Source: Eledone cirrhosa (Eukaryota). From it: a DNA stretch of 64,000 nt. Under the pieces are notes generated by a model that saw only the letters and a list, made by a program, of their open reading frames with translations, did not search any database and was not told the DNA's origin. Each line of letters opens with the position of its first letter. The first letter of the stretch is position 1. The DNA lies in assembly GCA_964016885.1 (NCBI GenBank), contig OZ024742.1:182838001-182902000 (forward strand). Reading direction: 5' to 3'. Made by a program: the position numbers and the translations under genes. Shown in pieces: positions 1 to 14,978 of this stretch.

Positions 1-260
1 ATGAAAGCAAAAATTAACTTCAACGGGACACCTTCATAACAAATTTCAATGAAAAACGGTGTTTGTGCTAAATATTAGTATAAAGAAGACAAGACACATG
101 TACCCTCCACCAGTTGGGAAATGTAAGTGGAGACGGATATTTTCGTGTGAGGAAAATGACTTGAGGTAGCGGACAGATTTGTTCATCTCGGAAGTAAACT
201 TATTAAAGATGCTACCTTCGATGCTGAAATAGATCAGAGGAGTGCGAAAGCGAGTCTTGC
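1..260 (+). pseudogene. Degraded RTE-clade LINE reverse transcriptase fragment, cut off by a SINE at ~257
   Basis: 160-260 translates LEVADRFVHLGSKLIKDATFDAEIDQRSAKASLA, matching the RTE RT C-terminal pattern (F.YLGS...D.EI..R.AKA). Confidence 0.65.
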
Positions 261-405
261 AGCATGGAGTTACGGGCCTTTATGATCTGCGTTCAAATCC
301 CGCCGAGGTTAACTTTGCCTTTCATCCTTACGGGGTCGATAAAATAAAGTACTAGTAATGCACTGGGAAAATTGCTGGCCTTGTACCAAAAGTAGAAACA
401 AGTAT
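257..405 (+). mobile_element. SINE family A copy (5'-truncated)
   Basis: Shares gttcaaatcccgccgaggttaactttgcctttcatccttacggggtcgataaaataaagtac with many copies in the window. Confidence 0.8.
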
Positions 406-918
406 TATTGTATATGCATATATACAATGATGGTAGCAGGCGAGCTTCCGTCTGTTTAGCTTGGTAAATAGCACTGTCCGTATATTTATTAATTTTTGCA
501 TTTTTGCTCGCTAGATTCTTCGTTCCATGTCGATTGTATGATCCAGTTCAACATTTTTGTTAAGATAATTATTTCAATCGATCTACATATACTTTTGGTC
601 CTTATTTCCGCAATATCTAGAGAGTAGACGATGCAATATATCCAAGCGGGATTTAAAATGGGAGCATAAAAGGACATAACTAAATACTTTCCATAATGTT
701 GTGTGATCTGCCATATACAAAAACAAAATATTCGAGAGTATACACGTGGTGATTTAGATAAGTTTTGCAAATATATATTTTTTGAAGATGGTGCTTCAGC
801 GTGGCCGAAAGTCAACAATTGAAATTAGTAAAGCAATGTGTGCTTAAATTAGGACAGAAGGTACTAGACTATGTATACTTCTGAGTGGGTTTACTGTGAC
901 AGTCTTTTTTCGAAAGAC

Positions 919-1022
919 GATTACGATGACAACGACGATGAAGATGGGGATGATGATGATGATGATGATGATCATGATGATGATCATGATGATGATAATA
1001 ATAAGAATATTATTAATAATGA
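919..1022. repeat. (GAT)n/(AAT)n microsatellite
   Basis: Direct inspection. Confidence 0.85.
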
Positions 1023-1790
1023 CAAAAACATATTTTATGTGATACAAAGAATAGAAACGAATAAAATAGACAAGTTTGCTTTTGGTAATTTTGATAGACG
1101 TAAAAAAAAATTAAATAGACTTGGAATATATTTATATATTTTTTCTTTGATTTTTTTTTCCTCTTTTGTTTGATGTTCAAAGGATAAATTTTGATTTTAT
1201 TGATTTTATTTCAGTTAAATTTACTTTAGTTATTTTTTTCTAATTTCATTAGTTTTATTTTCATTAATGTTATTTTATTTTGGCTTTAATTTTATTTTAT
1301 CACATCTCAACATTCAACGACAAATTGTTATTTCCCATCCTACTAAAATTGCTTCTCATATATTATATTTTTTTAACATAGTCCAATCATGGTTCACTGT
1401 GATTTACACTCTATTCCAATATTCGATTTATAATCTTTTATGTATTTTGTTCATGCCTTTCTGTTCTGTTTTTATAGTAATTATTTCAGTTTTGTTCCAA
1501 TTTTCCATTTTGTTGATGTCGCCATTTCTTGATGTACTTTTAATGTCTGCTCACATGAAAAGTGTTGATGATTGCCTTACATAACGTTATTAATTCTATA
1601 GCTTCTATGGATTATTTATTTTAAAACGAGTAAAAATATACTCTTTATATCCAATTATTCCCACAATTAGGTGTCAAAAAATAGATTACTGAAGCAGAAA
1701 TAAATGACTAGACTCTATGAAGTAGTTATGTTTTAAATATATACGATATGTTTATACATAAACACATCGTATATATAATATAATATGGTA

Positions 1791-1882
<92 letters not shown>

Positions 1883-1884
1883 TG

Positions 1885-2160
1885 ACGGCGCATGGCTTAG
1901 TGGTTAGAGCATTGTGAGTTCGATTCCCGGATCGGGTGGTATGTTGTGTCCTTGAGCTAGACACATTATTTAACGTTGCCCATTTCACTCGGCTCTTTAG
2001 CTGAGTGAAATGAGTAGTGACATCACTAGTACCAAGCTTTATCGGCTTTCGTCTTTCTCTTGAACGACATATAGGTGGCGTGTAGAGGGGAAACTGGTAT
2101 GCATGTTGACGAGACTTATACCTCGGAGAGGGAACCTTCTAGGTACAAATCCCATGAATG
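1885..2160 (+). mobile_element. SINE family B copy (tRNA-like head)
   Basis: A-box-like tggcttagtgg and B-box-like gagttcgattccc followed by ttgtgtccttgagc; related copies at 20378, 27340, 38450(-), 41182. Confidence 0.7.
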
Positions 2161-2231
2161 TGTATGAGTGTGTGTGGGCGCGCTGGCGTGTGTGTGTTTC
2201 TTACTACCGAAGTTATATATATATATTTATA

Positions 2232-2787
2232 CAAATTTAGACAAATCACAGAGGCAATAAACATAAATGAATTACAACCAAAATTAAATAGAAAACATGA
2301 GTGGAACAGCAACATCACAACTTACAATTAAGGACAAAAGGAAAATACGCACGCACATAGAACAAACAACTAACCAGTAACATGTAAATAAACAAATAAA
2401 TAAACGAATATAAAAACACACACAGACACCCGGATGTAACACATGCGCAAACTAAGCACACAACACACACACAAAAACAAGATGGCGTAGGACAGAACAA
2501 AGGAGAGGCACAAAAAACAAAGAAAAGAACCCCCAGTCACTGAAGAGGTCACAGAATGTGTGACGAAAGAACTTTGACAATATATAAACAACCATCTGGT
2601 TGTGGAACCAACCAACCAACCGGAAATTTATAAATTCCTAAATTTATAAATTTATTATAATAAATTGAAGTGAAAGCAACTGGTGCGTGTGTTTCTTATT
2701 GGCAACATGACCCTCACAAAGTATAACAATGTCGGTTTCAACACACGTTTTCAGATAAAGAATCTTGCTAAACAAATTCAGAAACGA
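2232..2787 (+). mobile_element. Solo pLTR-like remnant of an older sister PLE family (ORF 3' end + UTR + ORF 5' start)
   Basis: 2239-2331 encodes RQITEAININELQPKLNRKHEWNSN..* (young element: RQIREASEIEIRRPKLNRKNEWNNN). 2707-2787 encodes MTLTKYNNVGFNTRFQIKNLAKQIQKR (young: MTLPKYNNICFDTRFHIKNLAKLIHRR). A TA tract precedes it. Confidence 0.9.
2536..2578 (+). ncRNA. Minimal type-I hammerhead ribozyme motif
   Basis: gtca-CTGAAGA-g-gtcaca(gaatg)tgtgac-GAAA-gaac-TT-tgac: core boxes, 6-bp stem II, 4-bp stem I. Confidence 0.75.
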
Positions 2788-2797
2788 ATTAAATATA

Positions 2798-4156
2798 TCA
2801 TTATCTATAAAAGGCAGATTGTTGTTGTTGTATGTGTGTGTGCATGTTCCATGTTTATACATTTGCACAATTTCAAACCGATTCGACTCAAGGTCTGTAA
2901 GAATGTTTTAAATTGTCTAACTTGGGTCAACGACTATTTATTTCATTCAAACACCTACAATTATGGAAATAATCGATAAAACTAAATTCATGACGCTTTA
3001 CCCCTCTAATAGAATCTGATTACTTGTCTCTACTCCCCTTAAAATTCGATAAAACTACATACATGCTTACAAACTTCCTTTAGGAACGCCGAAGAGAGAG
3101 AGGAAACGTTTGTTTTTGAGTGTGGAACGGTCAAACATTTATTTACTTCAATGACAAAGAGAACTTATTACATTTCATACGAAACAACAATTATTCAAAA
3201 GCAACAGATAAATTTATTCAACAACAACAAAAATAGCGATAAATCTTTTTTTAAACCTCTCAACGAACGTGGAAGAAAGAAGTATCAGTTCATTTACTAT
3301 ACACAATAATATACTTTATGAGGTCACTAAACCTGCTAGAAACAGCAGCTAACTCTCCCCCATATCACACCACTCCCTACTGTCTTAAATTTAGAAAACA
3401 TCTCCTCTATGTGGTCACTAAACCTGCTAGAAACAGCTGCTACCCCCCCCCCTATCACACAACTCCCTACTGTCTTAAATTTAGAAACCATATCCTCTAT
3501 GAGGTCACTAAACCTGCTAGAAACAGCAGCTAACTCTCCCCCATATCACACCACTCCCTACTGTCTTAAATTTAGAAAACACATATCCTCTATGAGGTCA
3601 CTAAACCTGCTAGAAACAGCAGCTAACTCTCCCCTCTATCACATCACTCTCGACTGTCTTAAATTTAGAAACCATATCCTCTATGACGTCACTAAACCTG
3701 CTTGAAACAGCAGATAATTCTCCCCCATATCACACCACTCCCTACTGTCTTAAAATTAGAAAACACATATCCTCTATGAGGTCACTAAACCTGCTAGAAA
3801 CAGCAGCTAACTCTCCCCCATATCACACGCCTCCCTACTGTCTTAAATTTAGAAAATACACATTAGACAACCATGCAGAACAACTCTATCGCAGCTCTGT
3901 TGTTCGGCTGGCATCGACTACGCGCGTGTTGCGCAAATACTGTTAAACAATAAATTTCAACACTTCTTTGCACAGAGATAATATCCATAAGTGAAACTAC
4001 AATTGTCATTGCTGGCGCAGCTCCTGCTTCGGCAGTCCAGGTCTGCAATTCATTCACCCAGTGCCTGGCAGACAAAAAAGTGCTGCCATTAAATGGGTGG
4101 TGCAACCTAACTTTGGTAACTTACTGACCCCGAGCAACGCCAGGCTTTAATGCTAG
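2798..4156 (+). mobile_element. Non-autonomous Helitron carrying a minisatellite
   Basis: A|TC-attatctataaaagg 5' end; 3' GC-rich subterminal motif cccgagcaacgccagg then CTAG|T. Termini resemble those of the helicase-containing Helitron at 9816. Confidence 0.7.
3317..3862. repeat. Minisatellite, ~6 copies of a 90-93 bp unit
   Basis: Units start at about 3317, 3408, 3498, 3591, 3682 and 3775 (tatgaggtcactaaacctgctagaaacagc...). Confidence 0.95.
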
Positions 4157-4274
4157 TATATATATAAATATATATATATATATAGAAATATATATATTTA
4201 TATATAAATATATATATATAAATAAATATATATATTTATATATAAATATACATATATAAATATATATATATATA

Positions 4275-5424
4275 TTTATTAAAATAACAGATCAAAGTTT
4301 AAGCAAAGAATCACTGCTTTCACCCTTAACGGGATCTTCTGAAACTAACAAAGTGAATCTGTGACAGTAGAAGTGAATATTTCAAAAAACGTTGCAACCG
4401 GAGGAAGACAGGAAGACGATACTTTGGTTCGTGGAAACGTTCCCTGGCAAACACACACGTCCCGTAGGGCCTACATAGGGTTAACCGCCAATAGATTCAA
4501 GCAGCGGCTTTACATGCATACCCATTCTTTTCGTTATCCTCTAAGAAGGAATATGACGTCACTTTCAGCTTATATCTGGAGTCTAAAAGACAACCACACC
4601 CAATATAAGTTACACTGGAAGATCCTAGCTTGGGCTAGATCGTATAACGGAAATGAAAGACCATGTGACTTCTGCGCCGCTGAGGCCCTGGAAATACTCT
4701 ACGCCACAGACCACATCTTAAACAAAAAATCTGAGGCAATTTCGGCTTGTAAACATAAATTGCACAACTGTTTCCTGTCTTACAGCCCCACATTATACCC
4801 TAACGGATAGTACGATCTATGCGCGGATATTTTACGTCTTGATGTGGTTGCTAAGTATATGTTATGTTTATACCATTACTTATTTGCATAGGTAAGTATA
4901 TATTACCTGTATGTTTTGTGAAGGTACGTATACTTTCTCATACGTATATCTGATTGTATATGTTATGGCGTATATTTTTTATATATTCTGGTACATATGC
5001 TTTTGGTTATGTGTATACGTGAGTTTTGCGTCTGTGTGAGTATGCGGGTTCGTACGTATGTAGGGTGTGTGTTTATGTGTACTTCGTGTTTTTACTATTA
5101 GTTTTTACTTCACATTCATAAACAATGTTTTTCTCTAAACAGTTATTTTCCATTGGACAACTATTATGATTTCTGCAATTGCAATTATTTACGTTACCAT
5201 TCATTGGTCCCTCCTTGTGCCTGTGCCCATTGGTTTATCTTATTTATGTTAATGGTTTTATCCTTGTTATTTGAGTTGCTGTTTACTCTGTCAGTGTTTC
5301 TGTGCTATTGTGAGTTATCTCTTTATATTTAATTCCCAAATTTCTATTGTTAATCTTCGCTATATTTTCGGCTATGCTTTTGGTTGTCGAGTAAGAGAGT
5401 TTAATTGTGCGTCGATTAAAGATG

Positions 5425-5425
<1 letters not shown>
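4275..5425 (+). mobile_element. 5'-truncated PLE of a different lineage (GIY-YIG tail + 3' UTR), with an apparently inverted 5' segment, between (TA)n tracts
   Basis: GIY-YIG ORF at 4448-4810. 4275-4343 is nearly identical to one arm of the palindrome at 26084. Flanked by (TA)n on both sides. Confidence 0.65.
4448..4810 (+). pseudogene. PLE GIY-YIG endonuclease C-terminal fragment
   Basis: YIGLTANRFKQRLYMH...LSAYIWSLK...WKIL...CDFC..E...LNKKSE...CKH is a PLE endonuclease pattern. The first ~29 aa of the tracked ORF (4361) look unrelated. Confidence 0.85.
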
Positions 5426-5519
<94 letters not shown>

Positions 5520-5839
5520 CTAAATATATCATATCGATCTCATTATACCACATAAAGCTCAATGAACATTAAGGATTAAAAAACAAAATTTCAGACCATG
5601 ATTTACACAATATTATTGAGGTACAATAGTACTTATATTTAGGAAAACAAAAAATAGTATGAAATGCAAGCAAAAATACATATCATGGCAAACGTAATTT
5701 TACTTACATTATAGTTAGTAAATCCAATTATATGATTATACCGCGGTTTCGGATAGAAGAAAAATACTAATTGCTATAATTATATATGTTTCATTTATTA
5801 ACTATATGTATATATATAAAGAGAGAGAGGGGGGGAGAA

Positions 5840-5872
<33 letters not shown>

Positions 5873-6098
5873 AATATAAAGGAACAAACAACAGGATGCA
5901 TTAGATAAAGTCGTATTAGTTTCACACTTAAAAGAAATAGAGTGAATTAAACAGTCAATTAAACGGGACAAAACACCGTTCAGAGTGTAGAAAAAGACAG
6001 AACACAAAAGGCAAAACGCAAAGAAAATTAAATTTCAAGGAAAATATAGATGTGAGTCAGTGGTCTGGCGTGCGAGTGTAGGGTCGAGGAGAGGAGTA

Positions 6099-6152
<54 letters not shown>

Positions 6153-6169
6153 TGATGATGATAATAATA

Positions 6170-6350
6170 ATTGTTTCTACTTTTGGCACAAGGCCAGCAA
6201 ATATCCAGTACATTACTGGTACTTTATTTTATCGACCCCGTAAGGATGAAAGGCAAAGTTAACCTCGGCGGGATTTGAACTCAGACCGTAAAGGGACGTA
6301 ACTGTGCTGGAAAACATGGTGTCCGACTCTCTACCGGTACTGCCAATCCA
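6170..6350 (-). mobile_element. SINE family A copy
   Basis: Reverse complement of the 29590 and 257 copies. Confidence 0.8.
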
Positions 6351-6571
6351 ACGAAAGATATATACTTTATATTATCTCTATTATATTATATATATATATT
6401 TCGAAGATGCAAAGTTTTATGTATAACATAAACCAAAGCATGTCCTCGTCAGACGAAATACATATGAGATGTATAATTTGTTCATGATATGCTGGTAGAC
6501 AAACGAGTTGGACAGATCGGTGACCACCATATATATCCATATATATATATATGTGTATGTATATATATATA

Positions 6572-7175
6572 TCTTCTTCTTCTTCTTCTTCTTCTTCTTC
6601 TTCTTCTTCTTCTTCTTCTTCTTCTTCTTCTTCTTCTTCTTCTTCTTCTTCTTCTTCTTCCTGAGAGGATCGTGGGGGCACAGTCCTCAAACACTCCTTC
6701 CAATGTGTACTGTCAGAAGCACCCTTCTCCAACAGATTCGGGTGGAGAAGGGTGAGACGAGTCAAGCTCATGCATGTTATCCAACCATCTTGATCGGGGT
6801 CTATCCCTGGATCTCCTGTTGGTTGTTTTTCCCGCAAAATCTATACTGCGATTTTTTCCTGCGATTCATGAACATAGGTGAGGGTTGGAACGAATACCGA
6901 ATTGAAGATAGCGAGTTTGACTTTAACGCCTACCTCTCTTCTCCTGATTACTGAATGCTGAACCTGGCGCATTACTGCACCAGCTCCGGCAATTCTTGCG
7001 CTTAATTCAGCCCCATGCCTTCTCGTGAACACGACCCCGAGATACTTGAACTTCTCTACCTGCTTCAGTGGAACTCCATTTACATGTAGAGAGCATTGAA
7101 CATGCTTCCTTGTAAGGACGAGTGCCTCAGTTTTCGCAGTACAGATTTTCAATTCAGCCATGCAGTACTCGGCAT
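6572..7175 (-). mobile_element. RTE-clade LINE 3' end with (GAA)n tail
   Basis: KTEALV...VEKFKYLGVVFT...ELSARIAGA...KVKLAIFNSVFVPTLTY..ES. The (GAA)n tail is at 6572-6660. Confidence 0.85.
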
Positions 7176-7425
7176 CAAATCTATCGAGCGCAACAGCATC
7201 TTCTAGTGTACACGAGATGCATCTGGGAGCGGTGACTAATCTCTCAGAGGCAGAGGTCACAAGAGCAGTTAAAGAGCTCAAAGGCGGTAAGGTCGCCTCA
7301 AAGGCGGTAAGGTCGCCGGGAATGATGAAATCTGACCCGAGATGTCAAAAGCCTTGCAAAGAGAAGTATTTTTTGGCTGACTCGTGTGTGCCGTGTGACC
7401 TGGAGCTCTTGAAATGCACCTAACT
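7175..7425 (+). pseudogene. Inverted upstream LINE segment (pre-RT region)
   Basis: SEAEVTRAVKELKGGK..., followed after a short duplication by GNDEI*PEMSKAL, which matches the K..G.D.I..E motif preceding non-LTR RT domains. Confidence 0.65.
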
Positions 7426-7842
7426 AATAGCTTTTAGCCTTCTCATAATGTTCAAATTTTACTCGTGGTTTCTAAACACACGTTCATATATATATAACTG
7501 TGTGTGTGTGTGTTTTTGTATATGTGTGTTAAGGTATGTGTGTGTGTGTGTGTGTGTGTGTGTATAAACATACATGATGGCTGCCCCGTCGTTATCGTGT
7601 ATGGCCATTGCATGATATAACGTTATTAATAATTATTAATTAATTCTATCGTGCAATGCCTGTGCGTGAAGATTTGTTTTAAAGTGAAGAAAGACTGTGC
7701 ACTGAGCCAATCCCACTATCTGAGCGACATTAGCTACAACCCGAAAAGAAGAAAATATCAACATCATTGTTAACTACTGAGTTGCAGGTTTTACACATAC
7801 ATACAAACATTCATATATACGTACATACACATAGTGCATGTG

Positions 7843-7954
<112 letters not shown>

Positions 7955-8259
7955 GATATTTGTGAATTTTCATCAAGTCACTTCATTTTACTTTTACTCG
8001 TATTTTTTCAGGAATTGGTAAAGTTGGTGGAAATATCTCTTTTGTCTCTCTTTCTTTGAACTTTTTTTCTTTTCTCTTTCACGTTCTTATACACACGCTC
8101 ACGTGCACTCTAAGAATAGCAGCCAATCGCCACCAAAACACAGACTATTTTTTTTTAAATAAGGGAAGGACACATTTAACAATGGCGACTTAGACATGCA
8201 TAACCCAGGGATGGGCACCGTTGCAACTTCTGTGATAGTATGTCTGGTAGTTAAATTAC

Positions 8260-8520
8260 ACCACTAACTATAATAACATTATCAGTATTAACAATAACAT
8301 CATCATCAATAATACAAACATCTAAACAACAACATCAACAGCAACAACATCAACAACATCCAACAACAACGACATCAACAACACAAACGATAGCAGCAAC
8401 AACATAAATGACATTAACACCAGCAATAACAATAACGAAATCAACAACAACAATAATAACAAGATGATGAATAACAACCGCATTTACAACAGTGACATCA
8501 TCAACAACAACAAAACTCAC
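8260..8520. repeat. Degenerate (AAC/AAT)n tract
   Basis: Direct inspection. Confidence 0.8.
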
Positions 8521-9815
8521 ATTATGAGAAAATATAAAAAGAAAAAATTATAAACCAAATTGTCCTCGAAGATATTGGCGTGTGAACGCACACACAAACA
8601 GACACACATGCACATATATACACAAATACACACCTACACAGTCACAGGGACAAAGAACATATAAACAACCGCATACACCTACACAGATACATGCATACAC
8701 AAGGACACACCTATGTGCACATATACCGGCAGACATACACGGACACACATGCACAAACACACATACACAACCAGAAATTCCCAGGCACAAACATACATGT
8801 AAATGCATAAAGATGCGCATGCACTTACACACATGCACACATGCATGTGCTCACACAAGCACATTGAAAATTCGTCCAACAGAATAATATAGATTTGAAA
8901 AGTTTGAAAAACAAACAAACCATTTCGGCACATAATTCAATTAGAAAGAAAGTAGAGTAATTAAAAATAGCAGGTGGAAGCAGAAAGCTTTCTGTATTTT
9001 TTTAATGTTTTATCGCTAAATGTGTTTATTTAATTACTTTTCTCGTTTAGTGTAAACTTCCATGCTTTATACATTGAAGTTATTCATACATATATTATGT
9101 CTAAAAATGGAATGATGAGCTGTGGATAAGAGCGAAACTGTAGATGTGAAGCAAGCGAATTGTATGAAAGAATTATTAATATACATACATATGCAGAGAA
9201 AGCGAGCGAATAGCCAAGTACAGAAATTAGTTGCACCATACACGCAAGCACACATACACACATGCACAAACACACACAGACACGCAAAATGAAAACCTCT
9301 TTCAATACTTGATCAGGTCTTGAAACGGTATTGCGTAGTTAGGCGAAACTGTTGTTATTAATACTCAACTTTCACATTATGTTGATTGCTTTATTGGTCT
9401 TTCCTTTCGTTTGTAGCTGTAATTGAACACACACACATAGACACATGCACACACGTACACTCACACACACACACACACACACCACACACACACACACACA
9501 CACATATATAGTTATTGTAAGGGGATCATGTTCCTATTAATATAATGCACCAGATGAATTTCACTTGAGCTTTATGATTAGTTAGGTGACTAATCCATTC
9601 CCCGGTTACATTAGTAACCGAATGATTATTTAATTGCCATATCCAATTATCAAAGCTCTTTCATCTCAAATTCTGTGGCCTTCTCAATGACTATTCTTGG
9701 TTCTCTGTTTTTCCTCTTTATTCTGATATTGTATATATATATATCCCGTCTAAACCCATGCTAGCGTGGAAGATAGACGTTAACCGATGATGATGATGAT
9801 GATGATATATATATA

Positions 9816-11209
9816 TCTTTATATATATAAAAGCGAGGATGTGTGTGTGTGTGTGTACAAATTTGCATGCATAAGGCTTTCACAATTACCAACTGAATTT
9901 GACCAACGTTCAACGTGCACAGGTCGCTAAGATTGTCACATCACAAACATTTTTCAAATCGACCCACGTTGAGCAATAAAAAATCGATATCAAAATTATC
10001 GGTAGAAATATTGATGTAAGGGAGATAACAAACTTTGATAATCCTCATAAAAAAGGGAGAAATCCTTTTCACCAAATATGCCCCGTAAAAGAATGTATGC
10101 ACATATTGGCTATCGCTCGAAGAAAACAATGCGTGTAAATGACGCTCCGCCGATAACCGAAAATAGACAATCACTAAATGCAGTGAACACAGTTATTGCA
10201 ACATCTTTGTCCGCCGCTGAGCGTCGGTTAGTGCGGCGTACCAATAATGCTAAAGCAATTGCTGGGCGCGAGCTGCAGAGACTACAGATCAACGTGAAAC
10301 ACGCCTTGCTATGGATGCTACAGATACTGCTGCAGCAAGATCTGCAGAGACAGTACAAAAATATGAAAGGCAGCAACTTTGCTCCCTGGTGGAAGGACGG
10401 CACATTCTGTTTTTAAATTGCCCCTTGATCTGGCAAAATTGGAAACTCCTACTTGTCATATCACCAAAGACTCCGAAAGGGCTCATCTGCTGCGAAGGTG
10501 TCACCTTATTGTTTGGGATGAGTGCACAATGGCGAACAAAGGTGCTCCTGAAGCATTAGAGAGGCCTTTGCAAGACATACGGGATTGCAGTGATGTTATG
10601 GAGGGTGTCACCCTTCTGCTATCAGGAGACTTCAGAAAGACTCTTCCTATAATACCGAAAGGAACAAGAGCAGATGCGGTAAATGCATGTCTTAAGTCTT
10701 CACCATTGTGGCGACAAGTGACATCATTAAGACTAACTACCAACATGCGTGCAAGGTTGCATGGGGACCCTCTGTCATCAACATTTTCTAGAGACATTCT
10801 TACAATAGGAGAGGGTAACTTACCTCCGGATACAGATGGACACATAGCAATTGATCACATCTGCAATGTAGTTGAAACTGTCGATGATCTCAAGGCAAGT
10901 GTATTCCCGAACTGGCGTGATAACTATACGAATCTTGATTGGCTATGCGAAAGAGCCATTCTTGAACCCACAAATATCACGGTTAGCTGTATTAACGATC
11001 AACTTCTTCAGCTTCTTCCTGGATGTCCACGGATATATAAATCTATTGATACTGTATGTAAATCTATTGTAAATCTATTGATACTGTAATTATTGAAGAC
11101 TTCTGCTTATTTTGACAGGTTGGGGACAGATAATGTTCTTCTTTTACTTCCTAGCTGTATATTCTTAGCATAATTTCAAACCCCGAGCAGCGCCGGGTAA
11201 ATCTGCTAG
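9816..11209 (+). mobile_element. Internally deleted Helitron
   Basis: A|TCtttatatatataaaag 5' end; 3' hairpin cccgagcagcgccggg then CTAG|T; contains RepHel pieces. Confidence 0.9.
10078..11089 (+). pseudogene. Helitron RepHel remnants: putative N-terminus (MPRKR...) fused to a Pif1-family helicase fragment
   Basis: LPGGRTAHSVFKLP, IVWDECTM, LLSGDFRKTLP, LTTNMR and WLCERAIL are Pif1/Helitron helicase motifs. Confidence 0.9.
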
Positions 11210-13684
<2,475 letters not shown>

Positions 13685-14405
13685 ATGGAAAAATTTGAAC
13701 AGGAACAAAACAGAGAAGCAGTACAACGAATGTTTATTTATTTCACGCTCTGGAGAGTGGGGTGTTGGTGGGGAACGACGTTTCGGGCATAAGCCCTTCC
13801 TCAGGTGAGAAGTGTGTGGGAACAGAGTTCAAAGGGTGTGTAGGGGAGTGGTGGAGAGACATATAGCGACAGGAAACGGTGCGAATGAAGTTAAAAATAA
13901 AAATAAAAATAAAAATAAAAATAAAGCATGATCAAAATACAAGAAATGAAATAAATTTAAATATAAAAGCATGATCAAAATAAACTGAAATTAAAAGGAG
14001 GATAAAACAGGTGGTGGGAGGGTGTGGGGTGTGTAGGGGTGGTGGCGGGTGGAGTGGGGAGAGGGAGACGGGGTGTCCGAGCGGGGAGGGCTGAAGGTGG
14101 TGTGTGTGTGTGTAGGTGTACGTGTGTGTGTGTGTGTGTGTGTGCGTGTGTATGTGAAAGTAAGGGTTGGGGGAAGAACGGGGTTGCATGTTCAGGAAGA
14201 GGTATGTGTGGGGGGGGCTTGTAGGTCGAAGTGTCTGTGCATGTGTGGATAGAGGGGTGGGGGGAGAGGAATCAGGAGGCTGAGGGTGTAAATATGTGGT
14301 GGAAAGCACGTGTGAGTGGGGTTTAAGCGTGTTGTGGGTGTAGGTGGCGTGTGGAGAAGAAAAAAATGTTTTGGGGTGTGTGTGTGGGTGAGTTATATAG
14401 GTGAT
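13685..14405 (-). mobile_element. Orphan non-coding HHR-bearing element (PLE pLTR or retrozyme-like) between (TA)n arrays
   Basis: C/A-rich minus strand, HHR motif near its 3' end, (TA)n on both sides, no recognisable protein. Confidence 0.55.
13775..13806 (-). ncRNA. Minimal hammerhead ribozyme motif
   Basis: Minus strand: ac-CTGAGGA-a-gggc(ttat)gccc-GAAA-cg-TC-gt. GUC cleavage triplet and palindromic ACGT stem III. Confidence 0.8.
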
Positions 14406-14460
14406 TATATATATATATATATTATATATATATATAATATATATATATATATATTATATA

Positions 14461-14527
<67 letters not shown>

Positions 14528-14565
14528 ATTATATATACATATATATATATATTATATATATATAT

Positions 14566-14599
<34 letters not shown>

Positions 14600-14601
14600 A
14601 T

Positions 14602-14633
<32 letters not shown>

Positions 14634-14635
14634 AT

Positions 14636-14667
<32 letters not shown>

Positions 14668-14681
14668 ATTATAAATATATA

Positions 14682-14728
<47 letters not shown>

Positions 14729-14737
14729 TATTATATA

Positions 14738-14780
<43 letters not shown>

Positions 14781-14782
14781 AT

Positions 14783-14816
<34 letters not shown>

Positions 14817-14830
14817 ATTATATATATATA

Positions 14831-14904
<74 letters not shown>

Positions 14905-14978
14905 ATTATATATATATATAATATATATATATATATATAATATATATCTATATATATTATATATATATATTCTATATA
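14406..14978. repeat. Interrupted (TA)n array
   Basis: Direct inspection. Confidence 0.95.

Noticed and set aside
871-1173. Asp-rich 100-aa ORF
   Set aside because: Produced by a (GAT)n microsatellite; no domain or splice support.
1885-1960. tRNA genes
   Set aside because: tRNA-like A/B boxes are SINE heads without a full cloverleaf.
3317-3862. Regular repeat array resembling CRISPR
   Set aside because: Whole units repeat with no unique spacers; no cas genes; eukaryotic context.
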